Shown piece after piece: positions 13,332 to 26,300 of a stretch of 64,000 nt of DNA. The stretch is from Bugula neritina. Lineage: Eukaryota > Animalia > Bryozoa. The position numbers and the translations under genes are program-made. The first letter of the stretch is position 1. Every line of letters begins with the position of its first letter. The stretch is taken from assembly GCA_964035545.1 (NCBI GenBank), contig OZ037765.1, positions 12,596,698-12,660,697 on the forward strand, in the 5' to 3' direction. Below the pieces are notes generated by a model that searched no databases, was not told the origin of the DNA, and was given only the letters and a program-made list of their open reading frames with translations.

Positions 13332-15377
13332 TTTAACTACTCAATAACCAACCAAAGCCTAAAATAACTATTGAAGTTCTATAACGTATTTTTATAATAA
13401 AATTTTCTAAGAACACAATCATCCAATAATATCACCTTGAATACAACTTAGCAGTATCAGTTCATCTGATCTTGTCTTTATAATTTATGTCCTCAGTTTT
13501 TACTACTTGTGGCTTTGAAAGAAACATTCGCTGATTGCATAATAATTCATTTTATATTTTTTGAGCTGAATAATTTTGCTGCTTTTGTTTTGCTAAAATT
13601 TAGGAATTGAAATGTTTTGAAAATTCTATGGTTTCTTTACTTTCAATACACTAAATTATATTTTGAGATGTTAATTATTTCTTTTAAGCCAACTTGAGTT
13701 TCTGCTTTTGTGATGTGTTTTTAATTGTTCAACTATATATTTGAATTACATAATACTGTCTGCTTAATGCTGCTTAGCTGCTTAAAACTGATTGCCATAT
13801 CACTTGTTGCATCTGTCTAATGAAAACACAACTCTTCCACCACACAGTTTGTGACTGTTTTAGAGGAAAGACATACATTGTTACCTCACTAAAATTATTA
13901 AAGTGGTTGCAGGTGTAATGGAAATTAGCTATTATGGTTGTTTGCTCAATAAATAAAAATTGTTGATTATAAAGTCGGTTTCTTTTCTTTCATGTGCTAA
14001 AATCAGTATTTGAACGTTGCTGTGACTTTGTTTTAAACCTTCAAAATGAAGTTGGCTCATAAACTATTTTGCAGAAAATCGTGCAAACCTGAGTAATTGA
14101 GAAGCCCCCAACACCTTTAACAAGATTAAATAGTGAGTGTGCTTGCTCTACGTTTATATATATTTATATATGCAAATGTAAAGCAAGCACAGGTTTACGC
14201 GCACACGCGCACACGTATATGCAGCGAATAAACATGCGCTAATCTGATTAAAGTTGCCCTACTATAATGGTTGTCGTTCTGCCATTACATGTCTTTTAAA
14301 TAATGTAAATATAAAACTTTTAGTACAAGTAAAGCCATTTCTAAGAGTAGAAAGGTTGCTTGTTTATTAAATGTAAAGAGGAGCAGAAAGTAAACAGTCA
14401 AACATTTTATTTTAATATTTCTAATGCAAATTATAGTCGGAGAGGTTCTTTTTTTAAATGAAAAAGGAAATCAGTTCCAAGAATAAAGTTGATACTTTAT
14501 TGTTTCTATCTGCCTTTCATGTGCACAAGGATATAAATGTCAATTTATAGAAAAGCATCACTAAACGATGTAAGAAGATGAAAATTATTCGTATGCAGGA
14601 CTCATTGGCAAATTAAGTCAGTAAAAGTGGCTTTTTTCCGCTGGACACAAAGAATTAGTAATGTATTGTCTAAAATATACTCGTATATGCAACATTTTCA
14701 TGTTAATTGAAACTCATAATAGGCTAAAAATGGGTCACTCTGCATTATATAACATAAATCATCAGGTATATTTTACAACTCCATAAAGAAGAATTAAATT
14801 GTTGAAAACATACAGTGGCTTTTAGACCTTTGCCATATTTTAGATATTTTCTTAAAACAACTCGATGACCAGGTAGAAGCAGAAATTGTATCATGGTTAA
14901 ATACCGCCAATGCTCAATAGCATTCAACACTTTGTTTTATATGGAGTGTGGACATTATGTCCACAATTGTCATCTATAAATCAGCATTCCACAACTGGAT
15001 AGTAGATACCAAGTGTTACATGAAATATTTTCTATAAATATGTATACGTATAATATGTCCTATAATGGTGTGCCAATACAAGGAACACTCTAAACTCCAA
15101 GCTGATTAATCAATCCACTCTTTAAATATATAATTTGACTAAATATAGATTTGCATGCACTAAAATAACCAGCTTGGGACATAATGATAATAAAATTCCA
15201 TGACAGGCATGATTCACATCTAAGATTGTTAACTATTGTTAGCATTGCAATTTGTATACTTTTGCTATCATAAATGTGAATATATGTAACATTTTTGTAC
15301 AGCTGTCACTTTTTGTGAGAGCCTAAACTATTTATAAATGCGATGAAAGAAAGCTACTAAAGCTCAGTGTCCACATT

Positions 15378-15440
15378 AATAGACTAGCTTAGTCTATTCC
15401 GAAGGCCCATTGCTCCGAAGGTTTATTAGTCCGAAAATTA
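15378..15440. repeat. Hairpin plus three about 15-bp TCCGAA-cored repeats; likely an orphan DNA-transposon end
   Basis: aatagacta-gct-tagtctatt palindrome, then tattccgaaggccca/ttgctccgaaggttt/attagtccgaaaatt. No partner end was found. Confidence 0.4.
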
Positions 15441-16099
15441 ATATAAGCATGATAGTTGAGGACATTCTCACTGAGAACATCATAAATTTCACTCACAGTT
15501 TAGTTTAAGTTTAAGTCTATTCATGCAAGACAGAATTTTAGAATGTACATGTTATTATTAGCAACACATAATTCAAGCCTTTAAAGTACATGTGTGCTTA
15601 TACATTATATCAAAATACACAGTATCTAAAGCAACTTACTTTTAGTTAAATTTACACTGTAAGTAACATAATATATAATATGAGGAGGGGGAGGGGGAAG
15701 CTAGAATTGAATAATAGCCTATGAAAACTACAAAGTATATGTTATAAACATAGGGGCTTTATAATCTACATTAATTTGCTCGATGACTTATAATTTAGCA
15801 AAGTTGAACAGTGAAGTTGAACAATCACAAAGTTAAACATAGCAAGGACTTAGTAGAAATCACAAGATCACAATGAGTATATTATTATATTCTGGTATAA
15901 TGTATGTATGTACATATTATATGCATCAGTCAAAATTTTTATAACTTACAATAACGAGTTGTCTTACTAAATTCGAATAATTTTTGCCAGTCGACTTTGA
16001 TTGCTTTGACATCAACACTGCAGTCGTAGTTGTTGTAAGTTGTATTGGAATATCTAAAATTACCTGCAAGGTCTATAATGAAAGTATTTTACAATATTA

Positions 16100-17300
16100 A
16101 TAATATGGGGGAAAATTAAATTTTTGACTTGAGTTGCCGTTATAACAGTTATAATATTATAAGCAAAAGGAATTTAGCTCAATATTGACTATTGACATAT
16201 TATAATAAATGTAATTATTAGAAGTTAAAGTTGTAACATAATCATAATGCTAAATATTAAATTTAATGATACTTATAGTCGAGTAGTAGTAGAGTAGTAG
16301 TAAAACTAAAACTAAAGTAATGGGCATAATCATAATGATAATGAATATGATAATCATAATGCTAAGCCTAAGGCTAATCATTAGCCTAAGCTAATGGCAA
16401 TGCTAATAGTAATACTTATACTTAATCTTATAGTTATACTAATACAGTAATACTAATCATCTAATGGTGATACTAATAGTAAATGTAATACTATTACTAT
16501 TACTATTAGTAAATGTAATACTAATACTAAGTCTAATAGTAATAGTAATACTAATAGTAATAGTAATATTCTAATTAAGTCTAATAGTAATAGTAATACT
16601 CTAATACTAATACTAATAGACAATAACAGAATAACTATTACTATAAGATTAAGTGAATGACTTTAACAGTTAATATTATCAATTGTATTTCAAATACTAT
16701 TTGTTATGATAATTTATTAATATAAATGCTAAATAGTAAATAGGTACTAAATATTAGTTTAAAACTAAAATAAATTATCATTATAATTAAAATAATGAAT
16801 AATTATAATAACAATTTAAATTAATATTATAATAAATAAAAACAACATCAAGTTTAACTATCAGTATGACTATGAGTATCACTATTATTATTAGTATATT
16901 ACTATCAGTGTTACTATGAGTATCGGTATAAGTTAAAGTATGTCATACTCATACTGATAGTGATACTCATTCACATTGTCATCGTGATGCCGGTTGTCAT
17001 GGACAATCGCAATGACATTGTTATTGTGATTGTCATTGTGGATTGTCATAATCATTATGATGATCACTTATCACTGTCATGTGAGTGACATTATCCATAC
17101 ACTTACAGTATACTGATACTTATACATTTATGCAATTGAATTTAATATTATAGTAATTAAATTTAAATTTAAACTTGGAAGTAAAACTATATCATTAATC
17201 TAAATTAAAATATACAATTCAATACAAATACTGAAATAGTAATACTAATACTAATAGTTATTTTGATATTCATCTAATGGAAATTCTATAAGTACAAGTA
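16100..17300. promoter_or_regulatory. AT-rich hexamer-periodic island upstream of geminin
   Basis: (TAATAG/TAATAC)n-like runs, with a CpG-containing core near 16980-17030. Similar composition resumes at about 17690-18060, beyond a SINE. Confidence 0.45.
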
Positions 17301-17431
17301 TATAACATTGTTGAATTTGATAGTTATCCGTTCATAAAATTTTCATTTGAGTGTATAACACTGACTTTCAGCAATAACTTGAATCCTGAAAGTAGACTTA
17401 AGCTTGAAGTTAATATAAATATTTATTAGAA

Positions 17432-17647
17432 AAAACTCACAAAGGTTTATTGTCACCATCCCTGTGAGAAACCCCTGATGGAAGGGTTTTTTGTTAAACC
17501 CGGCTACGGACTTATACAAATGGGGCACAGGAGCAATTATGACTGGATGCTTTTCCTAACATCACCAATGACCTTTGTTGGATTCAAATCCATGACTTTG
17601 TGCTTACTGTCGGCAAATGCCCTAACCCCTATACCACGGCTGCTCCC
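17432..17647 (-). mobile_element. tRNA-derived SINE copy
   Basis: Its reverse complement aligns along its whole length with the copies at 60818, 48264 and 36986 (A/B-box-like head; GGTGATGTTAGGAAxAGCATCCAGTCATAATTGCTCCTGTG core). Confidence 0.88.
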
Positions 17648-18277
17648 TATAAATATTTATTAATAAAAGTCGAAAATAGGCACAAGTAAACTAAATTTAA
17701 AATTATACCACTAGAACTTTCAGTTTCTTTCATTTTCTTTTTGAGTTTTAATTTCATTAAAACTTTGACTTGTTATTAGTATCATCACTATGCGTATCAT
17801 CAGTATGAGTATAACTATTACTATAACTAATAATTTAATATTGACAATTTTTTAGTACCTTTATCTGAAATATTATCTCTGAACCAACATTAACTGGGTA
17901 AATTCTTAATACATAGCTATCATAACTTGCAGATTCAGAGTAAATGTAATGTTGATCAGCCATTAAAAGTGTGGCAATTTCAAAATGACATATATCACTC
18001 ATTCGAACACATACTAATGCTAATAGCATTAATTTTATTTATATAATTGTAGCTTTACCAACTATCTGATTGAGTATGAATAAAATCAAAAATAGAAATT
18101 AAATCAAAAATAAATAATCTCAAGCTGTAAAAACTCATGCATAAGTTTCTGTTTGATAAATTTAACTTGAAAAGGAATAGAAGTTATGTGATAAATGTAC
18201 ACATTATGAAATACCAAACTGTTCCATATTTATTTACAGAACAAATATATTTGAACAGTCTTTTTATTTCACAGCTA

Positions 18278-20637
18278 ATGGAGAATATCAACAGAGACGC
18301 CAACAAGGAAAATTTGACCATGGTATATTCTATGTTTCACACTTTTATATTAAGTAGATTCTTTGATTTCTTGCAAGTGTATCTTTATATTTTTTCTTTT
18401 AATGTGACAAAGTTTATTATGTCTGTTTTTGTTTTTCTTCCCGTTGATTAATTTAATTTTTCTGGTATTTTGCTTGTAAATGTGTTTTTCTTGCACTGGC
18501 ACAAACACTTCCTATTTTGTGGCAATATCATCAATAATTTTTTAAACTAGATTGTTTGAAACAACATTCAGGTTAATCAAGTTGATAACCAAAAATAACT
18601 CTCTTAGCATTCAACTAATCATTTACTGTGTTTCTCAATCTATTCTCTTGACGGTGTTAGATTTATAGTTACTAATATGACTCATGGAGCTAGCTGTTTT
18701 AAAATTGTAATCAAAATTAATTGTCATTACTTTTGCATTTCTATAAATAGTTTCAATTATCGGTTTCGTAAACTTATGGTATCGTGTGAGGTCTACGCCA
18801 GGCATTATGTTTATTTGTAGAAGCACTCATCCAGCAAGAGCTCTGGTTTAAAGGTTCTCCAAAACTCTGCCTCTCTTGATAACATCCGTTGTGGCAAGGG
18901 TGAATCCTATTCACAGGTAGCTTACAAATATATATTCAGGCAGCAACATTAGGCAGCCCTGATCTAGTGGTTGCAGCACTGGCTTTGTAATCGTGTCAGT
19001 AGTTCAAATCCCAGTAAAGACCACTAGTCATGTTTATGAAGGGCATTCAGTCATAATTCTTCTTTTGCGACAATAGAAAACAAGTCTTTGGCATGCTTAA
19101 AACACTCTTTCTATCCAGAGGTTCTCAGAAAGATGAGGGCTATAAGCATACGTTTCTTATTTTAAAATTTCTGTTGCAAAATACCTTTACTCATCACAAT
19201 ATGCAACAAAATTTAGTTGCATTAATGTAGTGTCTCGCTGTTTGTAGGTGAATAAAAAATCTAAAATTTCTACCCACAAGAAGTCAGCGCTGGTTGTTTA
19301 CACTGATGCTGTTCCAGTCAAGGTGGCACAAACATATGCAGATAAATCTACTAATACTGAGGAGCCAAAGTTTATATCTGGTAAGGAAATCATGAAGTAT
19401 TTTACTTCTTTAATGTAGTAAGTAGATACAAGACACGCCGGGTTCTTTAGTTTCAAAATTATTAATCTTTTATAAATATAGATACTTAGAAACTGTAAAT
19501 ATTATCCTTTCTATGTAACTGATCAGTCTCTCTTATCAATCTTTTTAAAGAACTTTCTTAAATAAAGACTGATAATTTAACTGCAACACTGTGTTAACAG
19601 CTAATGAGTGTCTTATGTTAATGATTTATGTGATTACATTTAAATTTTAACTCAAGAGCTGCAGAGACATGAATAAACTGCTGTTGTACATATGCTGTTT
19701 ATTTGCCAACCAATCAGATGAGTGCAGTATAGAGTACTGGAAAGAGCTAGCGGAGACAAGGAGAGAAGCTTTAGCTGATACACTAAGAGAAAATGAACAG
19801 GTGCATATTTAATACCAGTCCTTACTTTATGTATCACATAGATTTTGTTGAATTTTACTGTTATTGTATAGTTGGAAAACAATAAATATAGCATTTTAGC
19901 TACACCTTATACAATATAAAAGAAGCCACATGCTGAGGTTGGGTGTTGAACTTTTGCAGTACCAATTTCATTAATGGTTTAGAGTTTGCCGTTGTTTACT
20001 ACAGAATTGACTTGGTAATATAGTGTGTAAGGGCACACTCCAAACCTTTGTAGCACCATAGAGCTCGTGTTATAAAGGCTCAACCCCCTTCCCCCTGCAA
20101 AAATGAGAGTTAGCCGAGTGTAAATTGTTTTCTAACATTGCTATATTATAGTAAAACTTGGTTTTTTTTTCTTTTATCTGAAAATAAAGTTATACAAACA
20201 AGTTGCTGAGCTCTCAAAAACTGTTGCTGATTTGAAAGAAGAAGCTACCCACTATGAGGCTTTAGCAGAAAAAGCAGAGCTCCTAGCAAATATTATGATG
20301 GTGAGAAATGAGGTTCTAAACATGTACCAGTAACTTCTAATGTCAATAAATTAATATCTTATCTGGCTTTTTGTAAGTTACAAGAGCTGTTCATTCTAGC
20401 AGAAATATTTGATTTGTTCTAATTGCATACGAAAAATGTATCATAATACTGCATTATATCTTATCAAATGACAATATATCATTATACTGTTAGATTATGT
20501 ATCATTACACTGTATAATAGTGTATCATCATACTATATGTCATATGATAATAGTAGGTATACTAATTGTATTTGTTCATGTAGGACATGGCTGATGCAAC
20601 CAATCCTGATGATGCAGCAAAATCTGATAACACATAA
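18278..20637 (+). CDS. GMNN: Geminin-family DNA replication licensing inhibitor, about 173 aa
   Basis: Exons 18278-18322, 18821-18916, 19248-19380, 19718-19800, 20190-20300, 20584-20637 (522 nt, open frame). Contains YWKELAETRREALADTLRENEQLYKQVAELSKTVADLKEE, the geminin coiled-coil signature, and N-terminal LKVLQNSAS. Confidence 0.9.
18952..19152 (+). mobile_element. Diverged tRNA-derived SINE copy in geminin intron 2
   Basis: Head ggcagccctgatctagtggtt...gttcaaatccc and core gaagggcattcagtcataatt match the family. Confidence 0.7.
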
Positions 20638-21170
20638 AGCTGTTTATCTCCCTGCCTTAGTAAATGACCTTGTAAATACAACTTAATAATAGTGTACAGT
20701 TATATGCTCAACAATCTGTTCACATATTCAAAGCGATGCATATGCATAGAAATGTTTTTTGGATAAAGTGTTTTATTCTAGTAATGTAAAATAGATTGTA
20801 TAATACTCGCTGTAAATAAACTACAAATACATATTTCAATAAATGGAGTTCAGTATAATTTTGTTAAATGCATTTAGTTATTTCTAGTCAAACTAAGCAC
20901 TCAAGTCATTGTTTTTTATTCAAAATATGGCTGTGTGTCTTTAACACATGTCTACTAGCTTGTAAATAAAGTATTGCTACAGCTATTATAAAATACTAAT
21001 TAGATTAATTTATTGTGTTAGGAAAATGTATTTGATTTAGTTGAAACGGAACTCTTTTCAGTGCACTCATAGTGTTAATAATGTAATTGTTATGTTACAA
21101 TATCATACAAGTTTAAAGTCAATAACTACCTAGAGATTTAATATTTAATTTTCCAGTTGCCAAATGAACT

Positions 21171-21881
21171 TCAAAAGTACCTAGGGATAGCGGTAGACAG
21201 AGTAGAGCGTGGTTGTGGCACTTCGGTTACATTTGTCCATTTTTCATAGATCACATCCGCACCATGTTGAGTTGTGCAATGAGCATTTATTAAATTCCAT
21301 CCTTTACTAATCAAAAATTCACTCATTTCTGGTCTGGTGATGTCATCAGTGAAATGGATAGCCAGATAACCTTGCCCATAATTCACCACACTAGCCTTTC
21401 TTTCTTTCGCCTCATTGAATTTGCCTTCATAATTGCCTGGCTTCCTTTTAAATGTTTTTAGTAACTCTCTGTGCATATCATGGTGAATGGGCAGCAGCTG
21501 CAGCAGATCAATGTGACCACAGATTGTTGTCTCTCTACCATTACCAATCACATCAATGGTATGAGGCCTGTCTTCTAGTGGAATTTGCTTTCCAGAACGT
21601 TTTCTGTGTTTGTGCTTCCTTCTTGGAGCGGTTGGGTAGTCGAATACAGCAGGTGCTTGATAACCTCTACAAAAATGGATGTTGTGTAGGCCATGGGGGA
21701 GCATTTTATGCTCTTGACATTAAAACATAAATTTTTTCGTTTAATTTTACATCCAAGTGAGAATAGGCAGAACTACCACAGCAAATTGAGTTTACTATTT
21801 TACATACACAGCAGGTTGGTACCAAGTGGAAGCTGGTTCATATCTTGCTAAAGATCTCATCTCTCTGCTAGCTCCTAACAT
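21171..21881 (-). CDS. Uncharacterised 189-aa protein, possibly a stand-alone KCTD C-terminal/GFRP-like domain
   Basis: Coding exons 21881-21808 (donor GT|gtatgt) and 21666-21171 (acceptor tttttgtag); the phase-2 junction is in frame. Acceptor at 21921 and a candidate 5'UTR exon at about 22361-22276. The fold call is by-eye inference. Confidence 0.75.
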
Positions 21882-23375
21882 ATCAACCGTTTTTTGAGCT
21901 GGCTCTTCAAAGAATGTAGCCTACAGAAATGTTAAGAACACTGCACTTTTATCAACAAATATATTAGAAGGGAATTTGAACCCTTGAATCCCACAGTTTG
22001 AAATATTAGGCATACTTACACTTTCACAGTTGAGATCCCAATGAAAAACTTATTGAATAACCAGTCTTAAGATCAAAACTTGTATAAAACTGTAAGCAAA
22101 CATTAGATAAGTTCACATTGCTAAGCTTAATTGCATAACACAGTGGAATATTCAAGCAGCTCTTCTAATTTGTTTGATGTCAACATTGAAAGGAAATGTG
22201 CTTTACTGTAATAGCATATACATTATTAGGATTAAGTACTAGTAAGTGTTGTAAGTAAGGACTGTATATATTTACCTTTGAATAATGTCAGCGCTTAATT
22301 ATTTCTTACTCTTGGCTGCTTTTAAATTATGCCGACATGGATCCCAGCAAGTGTGAACAGGCTGTGAGAGTCAGTGTATGATTAACAATATACCTTTCAT
22401 AGTGAAGTTTTTGTCACATTATACCAACATATCCTATATCTAGCTATACAATAGACTGCTATAGAAAGAATTCTTTAGTGGATAGTAATAACACAATGCA
22501 TTACTCCGAATGTTTTCTTTACATATTTATTTTCAACATCGCTCAACCATTGTACTAATTATTCAGTTGCTGTGCCAGTTTTACAGTGTCCATGAAATGT
22601 AATAGGGACATCAATCAATATTATATCAGAATAAAGTGTTAACAACTAAGTATGTATTTATCCAAATAGGCTACAGCAGATTGCCAACTTTAGACGAACA
22701 AATTTTGAGCTAAGAAATGAATGCGTAGAGATGAAGGTACAACTGGCAACTATCCTGCCATATAAAACAAGGCACGAGAAAAAAAGTTTGAACACATACG
22801 TATAAGAGACTCAATAGGTTTTATTGGATATGTATTTTAAAATTCAACATATAGTACAAACAGGGTATAAACTATCAAAGCAGTCGTAGAAGCTTCATAA
22901 ATTTCATGTATTCAATAGAAAACCATGAAGTATTAAGATTATAAGAAAATAATAAAATAGTAAAATAAGAAAGCTTTAAAAATTAATATATATTTAGGGA
23001 AAATACTAAATGTGGGGTAAGCTATTCAAAAATGTCAAAATGTTTTATATTCAAGAATCTACAATACTCATATTATGGTATTCTATACACAACATAAGAT
23101 AGATGGTGTAATTTACTTTTAAAACTGCTCTAACCTAGTATTGCTTATTTGAAAACAAATTAACAGTATAATTGCCATTAACCTACAATTCATTCTAAAA
23201 TAAACAAATGTAGTATATTATAGTATATCTATATAGTATATCTCATGAATTTATCAGTATAAAAATTATATGTAAGTATATGTGTGCAAACATGCATGCC
23301 AGCCAAATGTTTGGTAGGTAAATGTAGTGAGTTTTACTGACTTATCTATGCGTTTCATTTATATACAATTTTGGC

Positions 23376-26300
23376 TCAATTAGATGCACATTCCTCTGTT
23401 AATGGTATTTCAGCACTTGGTTTATTTTCTTCATCATTGGTGGTGATCTGATCACTTGGATTTTCTCCATATAACTTACTGTAAAACAATTGATAATATT
23501 ATTATGTAACACTTACATGCCATCACTACATCACATAACTTCTAGCTGCAAACTTGAAGTGGCAAATTACATGAAGACACAAATAAATCCATCTATATTT
23601 TCACACGTTCTATAACTATGTACCTTAATATTACAATTGATGCGCTGCAATAAATTATAATGATGGTACATAAATGTATCAGTTGTTATAAATAGCAATT
23701 ATATTTTTTATGATCCTGAATTAAATTCACACTGCATAATGACATTTTTGTTCATATTTTATTAATATGAAATATTGCTAATAATAAGTAAAATTGTCAA
23801 TTTTTTATTTCCTCATGCTTATTGTCTAAGTTATGACTGGCATTAGTATACTATATATGGTATGGAGTGTTGTACACAGTAAGAGTTATCATTCCTTGAA
23901 ATGGAATGCTTGCAAGGAATACTAAATTTTGATGAAATTAAAACTAGTTGTGTTACACAATAGTTCATTGCATTTACTTTAGTGACTCAAAAAAGGAATA
24001 AATGCAATTGAGTTTATACACATATTGTGAATTTCTATATGCATGTACATTATGAAAAACAAGCATATTTATATAGCAATAAATGTCCAACCTAAAAATT
24101 ACAAAAAATAGTAATAATTTAAATGTATTATAATACAAAGTGCTACACAACAACAAAAATAATGGACATTTAATTTCCATCCTTTGCCATTTGCAATCCC
24201 AATACTTTAGCATTTATAATTATGATTGAATACTTTAAAAGTTTGTTCATTTTACCTTCCAAACATTTCTCCGTCTTCAACGGTCTCCGGTAAAACAGCG
24301 TTAACGGACTCAGGTAATAAAAAGGTGAGCCCACCAGCAACCACTGCCAAAGCTCCAAACAGCATGTAAGGTAAGCCAAACCAGTAGCTCCACTAAAGGT
24401 TGAGAAATAGTGAAACTTTAATAATAGTTGTCCTCATTAAACAAAAATCCATCAAAGATCTACTGGCAAAACAGTATAAACCTGCATAAACTTTTTATAG
24501 AAATAAAATAAGCAGATTATTGCTTAACTTAACTGGTGTTCCTTTATCAACCAAAGAAGGTTTGCCAGAAGAAATTTTAATTAAATAGCCAAGAGTGATC
24601 ATTCAGGGTCTCCAACTTTTACGGAGCGAGGGCAACATTGTAAAATTTAGCTTGGACTGGGGGCCTCAGTCTCAGTAATTTTCAAATTACTTTTCAAAAT
24701 TAGACTTAATGAAGTCTCAATAATTACTGCAGGCTGTATGCTTTACAGCATGTATGTTAAAACACATTTAAAAGTCAGTTCTCCTACTTTAATTCATGTA
24801 TGTTTGGAAACATAATTTTATTTATGCCATTGAGGGCCACATAAATGCAGGCTGGGGGCCGTATCCGGCCCTGGGGCTGCAGTTTGGACACCTCTGGCTT
24901 GAGTCAGCTACCTTAAAACCCCGTTTAAGCACTAATTGCATAGCAATGATCTTAAAACATTAACATTATTACTTGAAAACTTACTTTACCTGCAAATTTA
25001 TAGACTTAATATTAAAGTCTGAGAATCAAGAGTTGACAAAACTTATATTGACTTACTCCTGGTTGTGCTATTAAATCGAAGACTAAAAATGTAGCCTCCG
25101 ATACCTGTATAAAAGTTGTGAAGCCAAAGAGTGTATACATTATATCTAATGCTGAAAAATAGCATGCTATAATAACACAAAGTTACAAATTAATCCATAC
25201 TTACTTACAACAATCTTTTCCTATATGAACCTAATTTTCATTCTAATGTATATAGTATTTTTAAATCTGTTCTAAAAAATTGCAAAGGTTTAACTACACG
25301 TTAGAGCACCCTGAAAGAAACTTGATAATTTTATATCGGAGTTGAACGAAGTGTACATACTAGCTCCATTATAGGAGAAGATAGAAGAGCACCTATCCTG
25401 GCACAGAGTGAGCATCCTCCTACACTAGCTGCTCTAACAACTGTGGGGAATATCTCAGCTGTGAATATATATACAATGGCAAAGGCAGCAGAGCATCCTA
25501 GTTTACCAATATTGGCCAGCACTAGCAGTAGTATGTGTTTATCTACAAGAAGATTGTTTTCGCATCATACAAATTACAAAGAGAGGACAACTTTGACTAA
25601 ACCACTGTATTGTAAATTTTGAGTTGAAATTGTTATTATAAAGTCAAACCAGTTCAACAAACTTTATTGCCTTCACCATCTGTCCCAGGTTTGTCTAGCA
25701 ATTAATTAGTTTCTGGTCATAGCCATAGATAATATTTCTAACTAAACAACATGCATAAAAATGCTTATGGGATCCAACACTAAACTTTAAAATATTTGTT
25801 CCAAAAGACTCCTTACTATAACCCTTAAATAATTCCATGTACCTATATTTTGACTGCATAATTTAAAACCAACCAGATGTGCACTAATTTATCTTAAATT
25901 AAAAATTTACATTCAATTATCAAAACTACAGAAAAATTTAAAAGAAATTTAAAATATAATTGGTTATATAAGCATGCAAATTTTCAAAGATCATAAGCAA
26001 ACCTGGTTGGTTGAGTAGTGGTATGCAAGCCAAAAGACTGACACCACCAACAAAGAATGAGCCAGCCAAACTGTACTTTCTACCAATACGTGGATGTCCT
26101 GTTATAAAGAAGCACACAACATAGGCTGGGAACTCAACAAGTCCTGAAAGAAGAGAGTTGAGAAAAATGTCTCCTCCCAGTTTCTCAGCACTGAATGATG
26201 TTCCGTAGTATGTTAGGCCACATACAAACCTACAATAAATATAGTGCAAAAATTAGATTAAGCAACAACTAAAACATGACAACTTTCAAAGATGTTTCCA

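Noticed and set aside
17478-17663. Similar ORFs at 17478-17663 and 60786-61001 suggesting a duplicated small gene
   Set aside because: Both are antisense translations of SINE copies.
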